This document shows positions 13,223 to 24,481 of a stretch of 53,501 nucleotides of DNA, in pieces; position 1 is the stretch's first letter; the number at the start of each line of letters is the position of its first letter. The notes under the pieces are model-generated. The model saw nothing but the letters and a program-made list of their open reading frames with translations, was not told where the DNA came from and did not search any database. The translations under genes and the position numbers were made by a program. The stretch comes from Mesotaenium endlicherianum (taxonomy: Eukaryota), in contig WELA01000919.1 of NCBI GenBank assembly GCA_009602735.1, positions 86,330 to 139,830 of the forward strand. The letters are read 5' to 3'.

Positions 13223-15270
13223 TGTTGCTTGAAGAGCGGGCCTCTCTGTCTGGCGTCTCCCTTTGCTTTCGGCTGCGGAGTCTCTTGTTTGAGGGCGACA
13301 GCGTTCGGCTCAGAGACAGTGGGATTAAGGTTCTGGGGGGTCTCGAGTTTCAGGGTGAGGTGTTTGAACGGGTCCTGAAGTCTGTGGCACCAGGGGCACC
13401 TGAAAGTTACAATGGACAAGCGCTCTCTGGGGTGATGGGAGGTCAGGGATGGGAGTATGAGGGCTAGAGGTTGGGAGAGTCAAGAGTCAGGGCGTGGGGG
13501 CTCCTTGTGGCGGGGAAGGCCTGGAGGGGTTTTGGGTTTGGGCACTTCTTTTCGCAGATGCTGGACGTTCGGAAGGGGTCAGCCTGCTCCTTGAGGCCTG
13601 AAGCGCCTCATGTACCTCTCACAACTAGCCATGACGCCAGCCATGCACACGAGCATGTGGGGGTGTGAGCCTGCCTGCGCGTCTGCTTGCATGTGCGTGC
13701 GTGTGCTCGCGCGCGCGCGCGTGTGTGTGTGTGCGTGTGTGTGTGTGTGTCATGTGCGTTGGAGCGGCAGGGGAGGGGGNNNNNNNNNNNNNNNNNNNNN
13801 NNNNNNNNNNNNNNNNNNNNNNNNNNNNNNNNNNNNNNNNNNNNNNNNNNNNNNNNNNNNNNNNNNNNNNNNNNNNNNNNNNNNNNNNNNNNNNNNNNNN
13901 NNNNNNNNNNNNNNNNNNNNNNNNNNNNNNNNNNNNNNNNNNNNNNNNNNNNNNNNNNNNNNNNNNNNNNNNNNNNNNNNNNNNNNNNNNNNNNNNNNNN
14001 NNNNNNNNNNNNNNNNNNNNNNNNNNNNNNNNNNNNNNNNNNNNNNNNNNNNNNNNNNNNNNNNNNNNNNNNNNNNNNNNNNNNNNNNNNNNNNNNNNNN
14101 NNNNNNNNNNNNNNNNNNNNNNNNNNNNNNNNNNNNNNNNNNNNNNNNNNNNNNNNNNNNNNNNNNNNNNNNNNNNNNNNNNNNNNNNNNNNNNNNNNNN
14201 NNNNNNNNNNNNNGGGGGGGGCGTGCGGGGGAATGGGTGTACCTCAGTTAGCGCTTGATGCGTGCGTTTGAGCTCTTTACCAATCCTATGGCTTGCTTGT
14301 GCTGCTGCAGGCAATACCGGAAGTTTGTGCGGATGCCGCCCTCCGCCCCCGGCTCGGGCGGCGCCTCTTTCACGACGCCGCCCTCCCCTCCTGCTGCTGC
14401 CACCACCCCCGCTACTGCTGCTGGTGGCGCCCCTGCTCCTGCTCCTGCTCCTGCTTCTCCTGCGCCCGAGCTGGGCGCCGCATCAGCCAGGGGGACACCT
14501 GGCGGGCTCTGGTTTGATCACGGCACGTTCGCGCGATGCGCGCCCTCGCGCCAACTCAGGAGCTTCGTGGCAGGCCAGGTGGCGTGCTCCCAGATGTACG
14601 AGGCCTTCACGCAGCGCTGCCTGGCCATCACCGCCCGCGACATGGGCGGCGGCAGCACCCCCCTCGTGGAACACGACGACCCCTTTGAGGACAAGGCAGG
14701 TCACTCGAGGCCCGCCCCGTAAGGGTGTCCAAAGAGCGCTCTTTGCGAGCAAGCATTTGCTGTATTCCTAAGCCCTGGGGATGTTCTACCCCTACTAAGC
14801 TGGGATTGGCGCACCCCAATTCATTATTCCACCCCCCTAGATTGAGCTGCTGAGGCTCAAACCCTAGTCGCTGGGCCCAAATTCCGCCTTTCACCCGGAA
14901 TCTCAAGGAGGTTTTTCTGCTAAAAGCCCCCCTGCCTGCCCCCCCTCCTTTGCGGGTGAAATCATCTGAAAAAATTAGGGTTTGGATGGTGACTCCTGCA
15001 AGCCTGCACGTACTTACCTGTTCAATGTGGGCGAGGGGAGGGGGCAGCGCATGCGCTGTCATCCATTGTCCGTTATCCAAAGCTATTACCAGATGATCCA
15101 AACACCAACCAAATCATGACACATGTCGTGCCTTGCTTTGCAAGCTCGGTGCGCAGGTCGCCGCCATGTGTGCCCGGGAGACGGAGCGCGCAACGCGGCG
15201 GGATAACCAGAAAGGTCCCAAGGCTCAAGCCCGCGTTGGGACTGCGCCGGCGCGGCCAGTGAGCGGCTGA
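5855..15270 (+). CDS. DENN-domain protein (putative Rab GEF). Exons ~5855-6634, 7312-9018, 9789-9929, 11492-11578, 12393-12598, 14311-14695, 15157-15270
   Basis: uDENN motifs [32 protein letters not shown]. cDENN motifs [51 protein letters not shown]. dDENN motifs FFFSIFG|QYRKF, FDHGTF, SQMYEAF. Junctions are phase-consistent GT-AG; the last junction is less certain. Long low-complexity insertions are present. Confidence 0.85.
12212..12363. repeat. Imperfect (CTG)n intronic microsatellite
   Basis: ctgctgctg runs just upstream of the 12393 acceptor. Confidence 0.85.
13030..13130. repeat. (CTCTG/CCCTG)n pentanucleotide repeat
   Basis: ctgccctgctctgccctgctctgctctg... is visible. Confidence 0.9.
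13780..14213. other. Assembly gap (N run) within a DENN intron
   Basis: Ns flanked by G runs. Confidence 1.
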
Positions 15271-16619
15271 GGACCTAGCAGCTTGCGACGCCTTGCGTCC
15301 CGCACACGACTAAGCCTTCGGGTCCAACGCTTAGATCCTGGGAACCTTGGAAGCCCAGAGTATCACATCCATCCAAGCTTTGCACTTTGAAGTTTATGGT
15401 TTTCGGGCTTAGAATTTAGAGTCCCGTGTGGGCTTGAGGTTTCGACCCCTTGGGTCAATCTTGCTGCCAAGCCTCAGGTCTCACCCTGACGCTTAAACGT
15501 CGATGGAATGCAGCAGCAGTGCATGCAGGAGCCCAGCGTGGAACATTCCATGCAGACTTGCATGAGATGAGGGGGGTCAGGAACGGAGGCTCGACTGTCG
15601 CTGTCCACGTCCAGGCTTGGGCTCTGGGGCTTATGCTTCAAAGTTTATTTTAGGGTTTAGGGCCTCGAATCAAGCACATACAGCCATATGCTCATTAGAC
15701 TGGCAGTAGACGGCTTGAGCATGTTGAACAGCAAGCTCTAAGAATGACGTGTCTGCTAGATCGTGCGCCAAAGAATGTGAGCGACAAGCCGGCATGATAC
15801 GTAGAGTGATGTACGATGGCGCTGCTTTTGGGGAGGAAGTATGCTGAGTTGTCATGCACCTCGTGTGAGGGGAGTGTGAGGTACACGCAAGCTGAAATTC
15901 CCATAGCCCACGGGGATGCTCTGTGAGGTCATGTGCAATATGCATCGGCCATTGGCCTTCCATGGTGGGATGAGCATCATCATCTGAACCTCTTGAACCA
16001 TGCAGATTGCTTGCAATTTCTGCCGCTGCGATAGATCTGCTATCGGGCAAGCAAACCGGCAAGTTACGACTCGACGCTCGCAATACTCCACCTGTGCTGC
16101 GAGCCTTTGACCACGTCTATGTTCGTTCAATATGCACTCGTATACATTCACATACACTAGCACTGTTGTACATGCGACAGCTACGGCGGAGTGCTGCCTT
16201 CTGGAATGTTGAATGCTCGTTCAAACAACGTATGGCAAAAAGCTCCACCAATGGGTAAATATTGAGAGATTAATATTTACATGACTCATAAACATATAGG
16301 AGCTGCGAGAACGATGAGCACTGCAGCAGCTACAAGCACATGGCTAATGTGTGGAGCAGAATTGGGGGCTCTCAGCTAGGCGATTGAATGCTTCATTGAT
16401 CCTGATGATCTGATCTACATTCATATTAGAATGAATGGCCTGCCTCCTCTTATTTGCATCCTCTGCGTTCCTTCAGGCTTCCTGCCCCTCGCGTGTGAAT
16501 ATCTTCTCAGATTGCATATATGGGTGCAAGGCTCAGCATCTCTCCTCACTACATGTATTAAAACGCCATATTTCTCCATTTGGAGGAACCGTAGTTTCCA
16601 AAAGTCAGCCAACGTTGTC

Positions 16620-19600
16620 TTATGCAGGCCATGCAGGAGCAGCAATGTCATCAATGGTTGATTGCCGATTCCCAGAGAGGAGGTTGTAGTTCTGGCCACC
16701 CACAGCAGCCCCGCAGTCAGGGCAACGTGAGGCTTGCCTGGCTAACCCGCAGTTGCCAATGGTGTAAATGTGGCCATTGGGGCACTCGTACCAGTGCCCC
16801 CGTCCGCCCACTAGTCTCACCATTGCCTGCACAACCTGCGCCCGCTCCCCGTGCTCCGCTCGAGTTTTAATCTCCTGCGCCTGGAAGTTGTCCGGCCTAA
16901 CGCGCAGGACCGCGTCGCAGATTTTGACAACGTCAGTGAATCTTTGCTCCCCGAGACGCGGAATCGACTCCGCCATGAGAAGCAGCGCCTCGATCGCCAG
17001 GGCTGCGTCGGCGGGCCCAGAGACGGGGAACACACCAGCTGGCGTCGCGCCCGGGCTGCCGTCCCCCCTCACGAGGGCCTCCAGGCCCGCGGGGATGATA
17101 TCTCTGAGGGGGCTGTTGCGCGCAACGGCGTAGAAATGCCTGAGCCCATCCTGGAAGTGCTCCCGGCCAATGAGAGCACGCCCCAGGCCTTGGTGGGCGG
17201 CCGCGAGGCGGGGGTTGCATTCCAGCGCCTGCCGGAAGCTCCGCTCCGCCAGGCTGGGGTTGCCCTCTGCCAGGAGCTCGTTGCCCCGGTTGACAACAGC
17301 AAAGCCGTTGACGTGGGCCTTCACGGTCTCCAGCCTCCTGATGCACTCCTTGACGACGTTGGAGTAGCGCCCCGTTCTCCTGATGGCTGTCCGGCATGCG
17401 GGGCTGCTCAAGTAAGCGGAGAGGGCACGTGTGACGTTGCACACACAAGGAGTCAGTGGAGGAAGCAGTGAGCTTTCTCTCTCCGCACTACCACGGAGTG
17501 GCACACATGGAGCTGGGGGCATATACACCTTGCATGCTGTAAGTGGAGTGTTGTACAGTCTAGGCTGCCGCTGGCACATGCAAATGTCCTCGCTGAAGAG
17601 TGCTGCTCGGAAAGTGACACATGTCAGGAGAGTATGTTTGACATTGTATGCTTTCATTTTCCATAAGCGGGGCAGCTAGTGCACATACCAATCCTTGAGC
17701 TTGACGGCGATTTTGGCTGCACCGCTGTCCGCTGCAGCATCCGAGGTGCCAGCTGTCTCTGGCATGTCCATCCACTGGTCGAGGCCAGAGACCTCAAACA
17801 AGCCGCAGTCCTCCAGCTGAACAAACCAGTCATCCTCCTCCGCCTCGCCAAGTGTCAGCAGCGAGATGGTGTCGGTTACGTCCGGGTGGCATGTGCGGCA
17901 CTTGGTGGGGCACATTTCCCCACACAGCCCGATGCAAGGGTGGCCGCAGCGCAGGCGCCGCGTGCATGGCGCGTCGCAGCGAGGCCGCGTGCAGGCCTCG
18001 TGGCACAGGCGCTCACATGCAAAGTGTGCGCACCGCCACGCGCACGGCTCTCTGCAGGGCAGGCACGGCTCGTTGCACTTGCGCCGGCACCTGGCATGTG
18101 GGCAGCGGCTTTGGCACTTGCGCCGGCAGGGCGGGCAGAAGCTTGCACACTTCTCCGTGCACTCATGGCCGCAGGGAAGGATGCTCTGGCAGGCCTGCTG
18201 GCACGGCACGTGCTGAGTGCCCTGCTTGCACGCGCCGCACGTGCCCACGCACTCGTGCCCGCAGTCCGCCAACTTCTCCCTGCACAGCACCTGGCAGAGG
18301 AAATCCTCCGGCGCATGAGAGCAGGGCATGAGCGCGCGGTGGCCACACGGCATGGCCTTGTCCACCAGCACGGGGCAGCGCTCTGTGCACGGCTGGAAAC
18401 ACTGCCGGTCGCAGGCGTGACCGCAGGCAAGGACCTTGGCACACTTGGCGGCGCATCGGTGGTCCTCCGGCATAGCCGAGCACGCCATGGTCTGCACGTG
18501 GCCGCACTCGGGCACCGTCTTCTGCACGCGGCGAGCGCACGGCGGGCAGCCCTCCTCCAGCCCGTGGCAGCGCGCGTTGCACAGGTGCTGGCATGCGGGC
18601 AGCTCGCGCTTGCACTCCTTGAAGCAGGCGACGTCATTGTGGCCCCCCGGGTGGCACCGCCTGGGGCACGCGTGGCCGCAGTCCAGCTGGAACTCGCAGG
18701 GCTTGCTGCACCCGCCGTCCTCCACCACCTTGAAGTGGGCGGGTTCCGACACCTCGGTGAGCGTGTCCTTGTGGTTCTGGCAGTGCAGCGTGATGGAGGG
18801 CGCCACGCAGCCCTGCTCCCGCAGCTCCCGCAGGACGCGGCCCCACAGCTGCGGGCTCTTGGCGGCCAGCAGCTGCGCGTTGCCGAGCATGAAGAGCCCC
18901 TTGCGCGCGCGCGAGAGCGCCACGCACACGCGGTTGGCCACACCCAGGAACCCGATCTTGCCGGGACCGTCGTGACTTTCCAGGTTGTTGCTCCTCACCA
19001 GCGACAGGATGATGATGTCGCACTCCTCCCCCTGGTAGTTGTCCACGCTGCTCACGCGCGGCAGCCTCTGCTGCTGCTGCTGCTGCTTATGGAACGTCTC
19101 CTGTCCCCCCGGCTCGTCGCGCGCAAACTTGGCACGGAGGAGGCGCTTTATCTCCAGGAGTTGCCCGGTGTACATGGTGAGGATCACCATTTGGCTGTTC
19201 TCATAGCCCTGCTTGAGGAAGTAGGTGCACAGCTCCACGCAGAGGCGCGCCTCGTGGGCGTTGACCTTGCTGCCCAGCTCGCCGTCGTGGTTCTCCGGCA
19301 CCCTGTGGTCCAGGAAGCACAGGCTGCGCGCGACCCCTCTGACCTCCGGATACGCGCGCACGTCCGCGTGGTTCTGGAGGTGCGGGTAGATGATGGGCGC
19401 CACCAGGCGCGCGATGGCCGGGCGCATGCGGTGCTGCACGCTCAGCGTGGTGCCTTCCACGCCGTTGGCCATCAGGCGCTCGAACATGGACACGTCCAGG
19501 CCGTGCTTCTTGGCGAGCGCGTACACGGCCACCGAGGGGCGCAGCTGCTGGTGGTCGCCGATGAGGATGAGGTGCTGCGTGGCGGGCGTGAGGCACGCCA

Positions 19601-22600
19601 GGATGTGTGACTCCAGCACCTCCGCCGCCTCCTCCACCACGATGATCTCTGGCTGCCGCCTCTCAGAGAGCACGACGCAGGGGGAGGGAGGCCCCCAACG
19701 AGAAGACAGGAGGAATGTTATGTCACATGTGATGCAACGGATAGAGTGAATGATGCACGGAGTTCCTATACAAATTCACAGGCACACAGGCACACTTACA
19801 GGCAGGCGATCACGTGTAAAGTACTCCGTGCTACACATGCAGGACACAAGGGGGCGTGGGCCACGCTCCTCTTACTCTCACACTATGACTTTGTACCTAG
19901 GCATCCAGTTCTGACCCATACCGCCTTTGCTTTGTCTTCATAGAAAAGAGTTTTTCCAATCAAGTGAGGGAATGACCAGGGAGACTGGGAGATGAATGGG
20001 AGGAATATAAACCACTGCAAGACCATCAACATGAATTTAGCAGCTGAGTAGTACCCTGAGTCCGATGAGCAGGTCGTGGTAGCGGGCGGCAGCCGTGGTG
20101 GTCATGCCGACCACGCGGCTCTCCCGCAGGAGGCTCAGTTGGATCTCGTTCTCCACCTCCGCCAACTGGCGCCGCGCTTCGCTATACTCCTTGTCGATGG
20201 CCTTGAGCCGGCCGCTCGCCGTCAAGCGGATCTCCGTGAGCCAGTAGCGGTGCAGCACGGCGCGCGCGCGCTCCGGCAGCGCCCACACGTTGGGCTGGCC
20301 CACCACGTCCTCCAGCTGCACCTCCTCCTGCTCTTGCTCCTCCTCTTCGTTGTCCTCAAACTCTGGCTCCCTGTCCACCACTGGCGCCGCCACCTGTCGC
20401 TTCTGCCGCCCTCGCCGCCGGTTATTCCGAACCTCCTGAAAGCCAGCATTGTCTCCCTCTTCTTCCTCCCGGCCCCCACCTTGTCTTCTCAGAACAGCCT
20501 GGTTCTGCCCCTGTCGCTGCTGCTCCGGGGCACCTTCTTGCGGGGCATCAGCTGTGGCTGGAGCTGGGGCCTGGGGGGCTGGCCAAGGAGGAGGAGGTGG
20601 CGCCAGGAGGGCGTCGTTGAGAGGCCTCTGCAGCAGATGCATCTCCGCTTCAGGCCGCCTGCCCTCTGCCGCTGCCACCTGGCCCTCCTCCCTGTCGGCT
20701 TCCAGATCCCTCACTTCGTCCGCATCTCCCACAGAGCCTTCCACGCCATTGTCGTTATCGTCGCCGTCGTTGTCAGCCACCTCCCTTTCAACCCCCCCCC
20801 GCGCCCCCGCCCCCGCGTGGGCTCCGTTGCCCGCCCGATTGTTCAATGCTTCAAACAAGTTTGCGCGATTGCCCCGCGGCGCGTTGGGCCCCTGCCAGGC
20901 AGGTGCAGCCCGAGCCTTCCCCTGCGCTGCCACCTGGTGCAGGTGGCGATGCGTGTTCAGCCAGGTGTTGACGTACTGCGCCGCGCGTGCCCTGTACGCA
21001 GCAGGTGGGCCGTTGAACGCGTCACCGCAAAAGAGGCTGTCTATCTGGTCCTCTGTTGCGACCCCCTCGAGGGACTCCGGCGTGACGGTCTCCTGGCTCA
21101 GCCGGTCGATGTACCGGACGATCTTGGCCTCGAGCTCCTGCTCCTGGCCTCCCACGCGGCTCTCTGGTGCGCGCGCTCGTTCTCCCTGGCCTCGCGCTGC
21201 TGGAAGAGGAGCTCCTGCAGGTTGTGGCGCTTGAGCGCCTCGCTCTTGCAGCTCCCCCCAATGCGCACGATGCTCTTCTCGTACTCCAGGATGCCCTCCA
21301 GGAACTGGTCCAGCGCGTGGTTGGTGTAGCACACCACCAGGATGGGGCCGGTAGCCGCCCCGCCCCCTGTGCTTCCTCCTCCGCCTCCCACCTCCTCGGC
21401 GTCCAAGTAGTCATCCCCGTGTTGCGCAGCCAGCAGCCCCCGCAGCCGCGTGCCCGAGGCCCTGCTGACGTTGGCGAGGAGCAGCCTCATGGCCAGCAGG
21501 CCCACGAACGTCTTGCCGGTGCCAGGCGGACCCTGAATCAGCGCCAGCTCTTTGGTCAGCACGCGCTTCAGCGCCTCCTTCTGGCTGCGGTCCAGAGTCG
21601 ACGTCCACTCCGGCCACTCCTGCAAGATGCGGACTCTCGACGTGCCCAGGTCCTTGCGTATGTCGGGAAAGACGCACAAGAAGTCGTACTCATTGTGCCC
21701 CACCCTCCTCCTGAGGTAGCAGGGGGGCGCCACCTGGGCTTCCAGGTGGATGAGCTGCTGCTGAAATGGAACCTGCTCCATGTCGGGCCGCTGCAGGCTG
21801 CGGAGCACGTGAGAGTACGCCTCAAAGTAGGAGGCTGTTGACTCCGCCATCACGTACCCCTGATCTGCCCGCAGCCACTTCTTCTTGCCCGCGCCCGCGC
21901 CCGCGCCCACTTCCTCTATCATGCGCACGTCGATGAAGCCCCGGGAGAGGTCCTCGACAGTCCGCTTCGCAACCACGGCAAACTGCACCGACTCAAAGTT
22001 GTCGGGAGAGATGCACAGCAGCGCGCCCAGCATGAGCCGCTTGCTGACCTCCCAGTTGACCCGTTGACCGGAGTCAACGCGGAAGCCCAGGCGGTACTCG
22101 ATGCCGACGCGGCCGCAACGCAGGCCGGCAATGACGACATCCTTATAGACGCGCACGTCCTGGGACCTCTTCTTGCCGCCGCCGCCAAAGGTGTCGCTGC
22201 GGTACTGGCGGATACCCACCTTGAGGGGCTGCATGCAGTCCTCGCGCAGCAGCTGAAAGTGCGTCTCCAGGTACTGCAGCACGCCCTCGTAGGGCACCGC
22301 CGTGTGGTTGTGGGGCAGGTCGCGCGCCTCCACCTGGTGCATCTCGTCCACGGTGGGCACAATGGATTGCACGCGAAATGCTTCGCCCTGTGCCAGCCGA
22401 TGTGGGGGGAGTGCACATGTCAAATACAAGTAGGTTCCCAAACACACTTAGTTGTAGGGGTGCAATGAAAGCCCAACCAGGGCTGGACAGGAAGGTTTGA
22501 GGTACCTCTAATACAAAGCTGTACTCTTTCCACCTTATGACCAGCCAAACAGAATAAGAATGGTTCTGCAATATCAATGCCAGATATGCAGTTATGATGC

Positions 22601-24019
22601 CAAAGGAAGTGACGCCAGAATATGGTGCCAAAATATTAAGACCGATGATGCCAGATGCCAATAAAGGACCAAACAATTTGCAAGCACGCGATTAAAATAT
22701 CTTTCTTGTGCAGCTTTTTTGGAGAAGCGCTCATTACAAAGTAGCAATAAATATTTTTTGTGAACAGAACAGCAGGCAGCAGCAATAGCACAGGCAGCAG
22801 CAGCGACAGCAAGAAGCATGAAGCAGCAGAGTTTAGCGCTGAAGTCAACGGTCAAGCTTTGCAAGGGCATGCAGATGAGTGAGCCAGAGTGAAGAAACGG
22901 CAAGCTCACCACCAGTCCCGGCTGAGGGGGCCCGCGCACTGCGGAGGTGACCCTGAGGCGCGCGCGCTGGTCCATCAGCCGCCGGGTGTCGGCCAGCAGG
23001 GACTGCTTGGGCGCACACTCGTCTGGCAGCTCCTCCACGCGCCCCTTGAGCGCGTCCAGTGGCACCTCCCGCCAGCCGTCGGTGGAGCGCGACTGTATCT
23101 CCTCACACAGCTTGACATACGGCAGCAGCGCGCTGTCGGGCTGCCCCGCGCTGAGGCGGAGACCCTGCACGTGGGCATGTAGGCGCGCCAGGAAGGGCGA
23201 GCCCAGCAGCAGGCCGTACACGCGGTTGGTGCTCTCGCGCAGCATGCTGCTGCGCATCTCGTTGCGCGCCAGCACGCGCACCAGCAGGTCCGCCTGCGGC
23301 TGCGACAGCGCGGGGCGGGAGATGATGTCGCCCAGGAGGGCCAGGCCTCTCGCGTCGCTCAGGGTGGGGATGAGGTCCGCCGCGGAGCTCTCCATTTGCT
23401 TCTGCAGCCAGCTCTCCAAGTTGCGCTCGCTCGTGAAGCCAGGTGGCCTCTCGGGCTGGACAAACGATCGAGAGAGGCCGCCTCGGCCTCCCCCGCCAGG
23501 TGGCATGGTGTGCGAGAGCTTGCATCTGCTTCCAGACCTGCAGCCGTCTCCTCGAAGGAAGAAGCGGCAGACAGGCGTCGCGACTGACGCTGGAGACGGC
23601 TCTCCTGCCGAAGCATCTGCTCCCTGTGGCCCAGTAGCGCCCCCAGTGCTCCCTGCGCCGGCCTTACTTCCTCTGCTTCTCCCAGCGGCAGCATGGCCAA
23701 CTGCCGCTCCTTCTCCTGCTGCGGCTGCTGCGGCTGACAGCTCCACGGTCAGCTTGACCACGTTGCCGGGCGCGCAGGAAGAGAAGGCTAGTTGGAGGGA
23801 GTCATTGGAGTCAATTGTTATCTCGTCATCCGCGTCAGAGTACTTGATGCTCAAGTCAGAGGAGCCTCTGCCGGCAAGCCTGGGGTGGACCCGGGATGCC
23901 ACCTGGCACACCTCGTCGAAGGTGAGCGGCTGGCTCACCGTCGCCATCTTGGTGCTCTCGCCAAAGTGCAGCTTCACGCGCATCAGCTTCTCAGCTGGCG
24001 GGCCTGCCTGAGCCTTCAT
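16620..24019 (-). CDS. ZNFX1: ZNFX1-like protein, copy A: PB1 - CCCH ZnF - helical region - UPF1-like SF1 helicase - NF-X1-type ZnF array - RING-like - TPR - RZ finger. Exons 24019(or 24013)-22910, 22387-20055 (frameshift ~21134), 19652-17689, 17403-16620. Possibly a pseudogene.
   Basis: Helicase motifs LIQGPPGTGKT, VVCYTNHALDQFLE, VVGMTTT, IIVVEEAAEVLE (EEAA as in ZNFX1), LIGDHQQLRP, QHRMRP, VDNYQGEECDIIILSLVRSN, RVCVALSRAR. ZNFX1-type YLETHFQLLREDC and WEVSKRLMLGALLC. CGHxC repeats. FVQLEDCG...LDQWM...KLKDC|PAC. C-terminal GHWYECPNGHIYTIGNCG..CPDCGAAVGG. All introns are GT-AG and phase-consistent. Confidence 0.9.
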
Positions 24020-24021
24020 AT

Positions 24022-24119
24022 CAACGAGCAACACGCAACGAGCAACACGCAACGAGCAGCACGCAACGCGCAGCACGCAACGAGCAACACGCAACGAGCA
24101 ACACGCAACGAGCAACACG
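24022..24119. repeat. 14-bp tandem repeat (caacgagcaacacg) x7
   Basis: Seven near-identical units immediately 5' (on -) of the copy A PB1 exon. Confidence 0.9.
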
Positions 24120-24481
24120 AAGGATAGGATCAGACGGTGGTCAACAATCTTCTGCACGCAGTCTGTATTTGGCCTTGACAAATTTATCGAACTTGCACTT
24201 CCATGGTGGACAGCTCGATCTCGATCTCGACATGGCACGTAGCTACAGCTGACTGGACATCAGAAACATGACATTCAGAAGTCAATGCGGCCTGCAACGG
24301 CAGCCTGTCACTGTCAACTCTTCATTTCACAGAGAAATTGTATCATGCCGGCGGGACCAGCCATCAGGCCTGCAAGAGTCACTCGATTCTGGTGAATGTG
24401 ATCAAATGCCAGCTAGACTAGTACTAGCTTGAAAGAGCGCGACCTGGTCTGACTGATCAAATGCGAAACAAGCAATGTTGA

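Noticed and set aside
13610..14314. ORFs spanning the N gap
   Set aside because: Artefacts of undetermined bases.
17679..19610. 643-aa + strand ORF, and similar long ORFs at 20076-21329, 22947-24011, 31520-32527, 34263-35075
   Set aside because: Antisense shadows of the GC3-rich ZNFX1-like exons; no recognisable motifs.
24022..24238. N-terminal extension of the 548-aa ORF (VACCSLRVARC repeats); also considered as a CRISPR-like array
   Set aside because: A spacerless 14-bp tandem repeat, most likely intronic, in a eukaryotic context.
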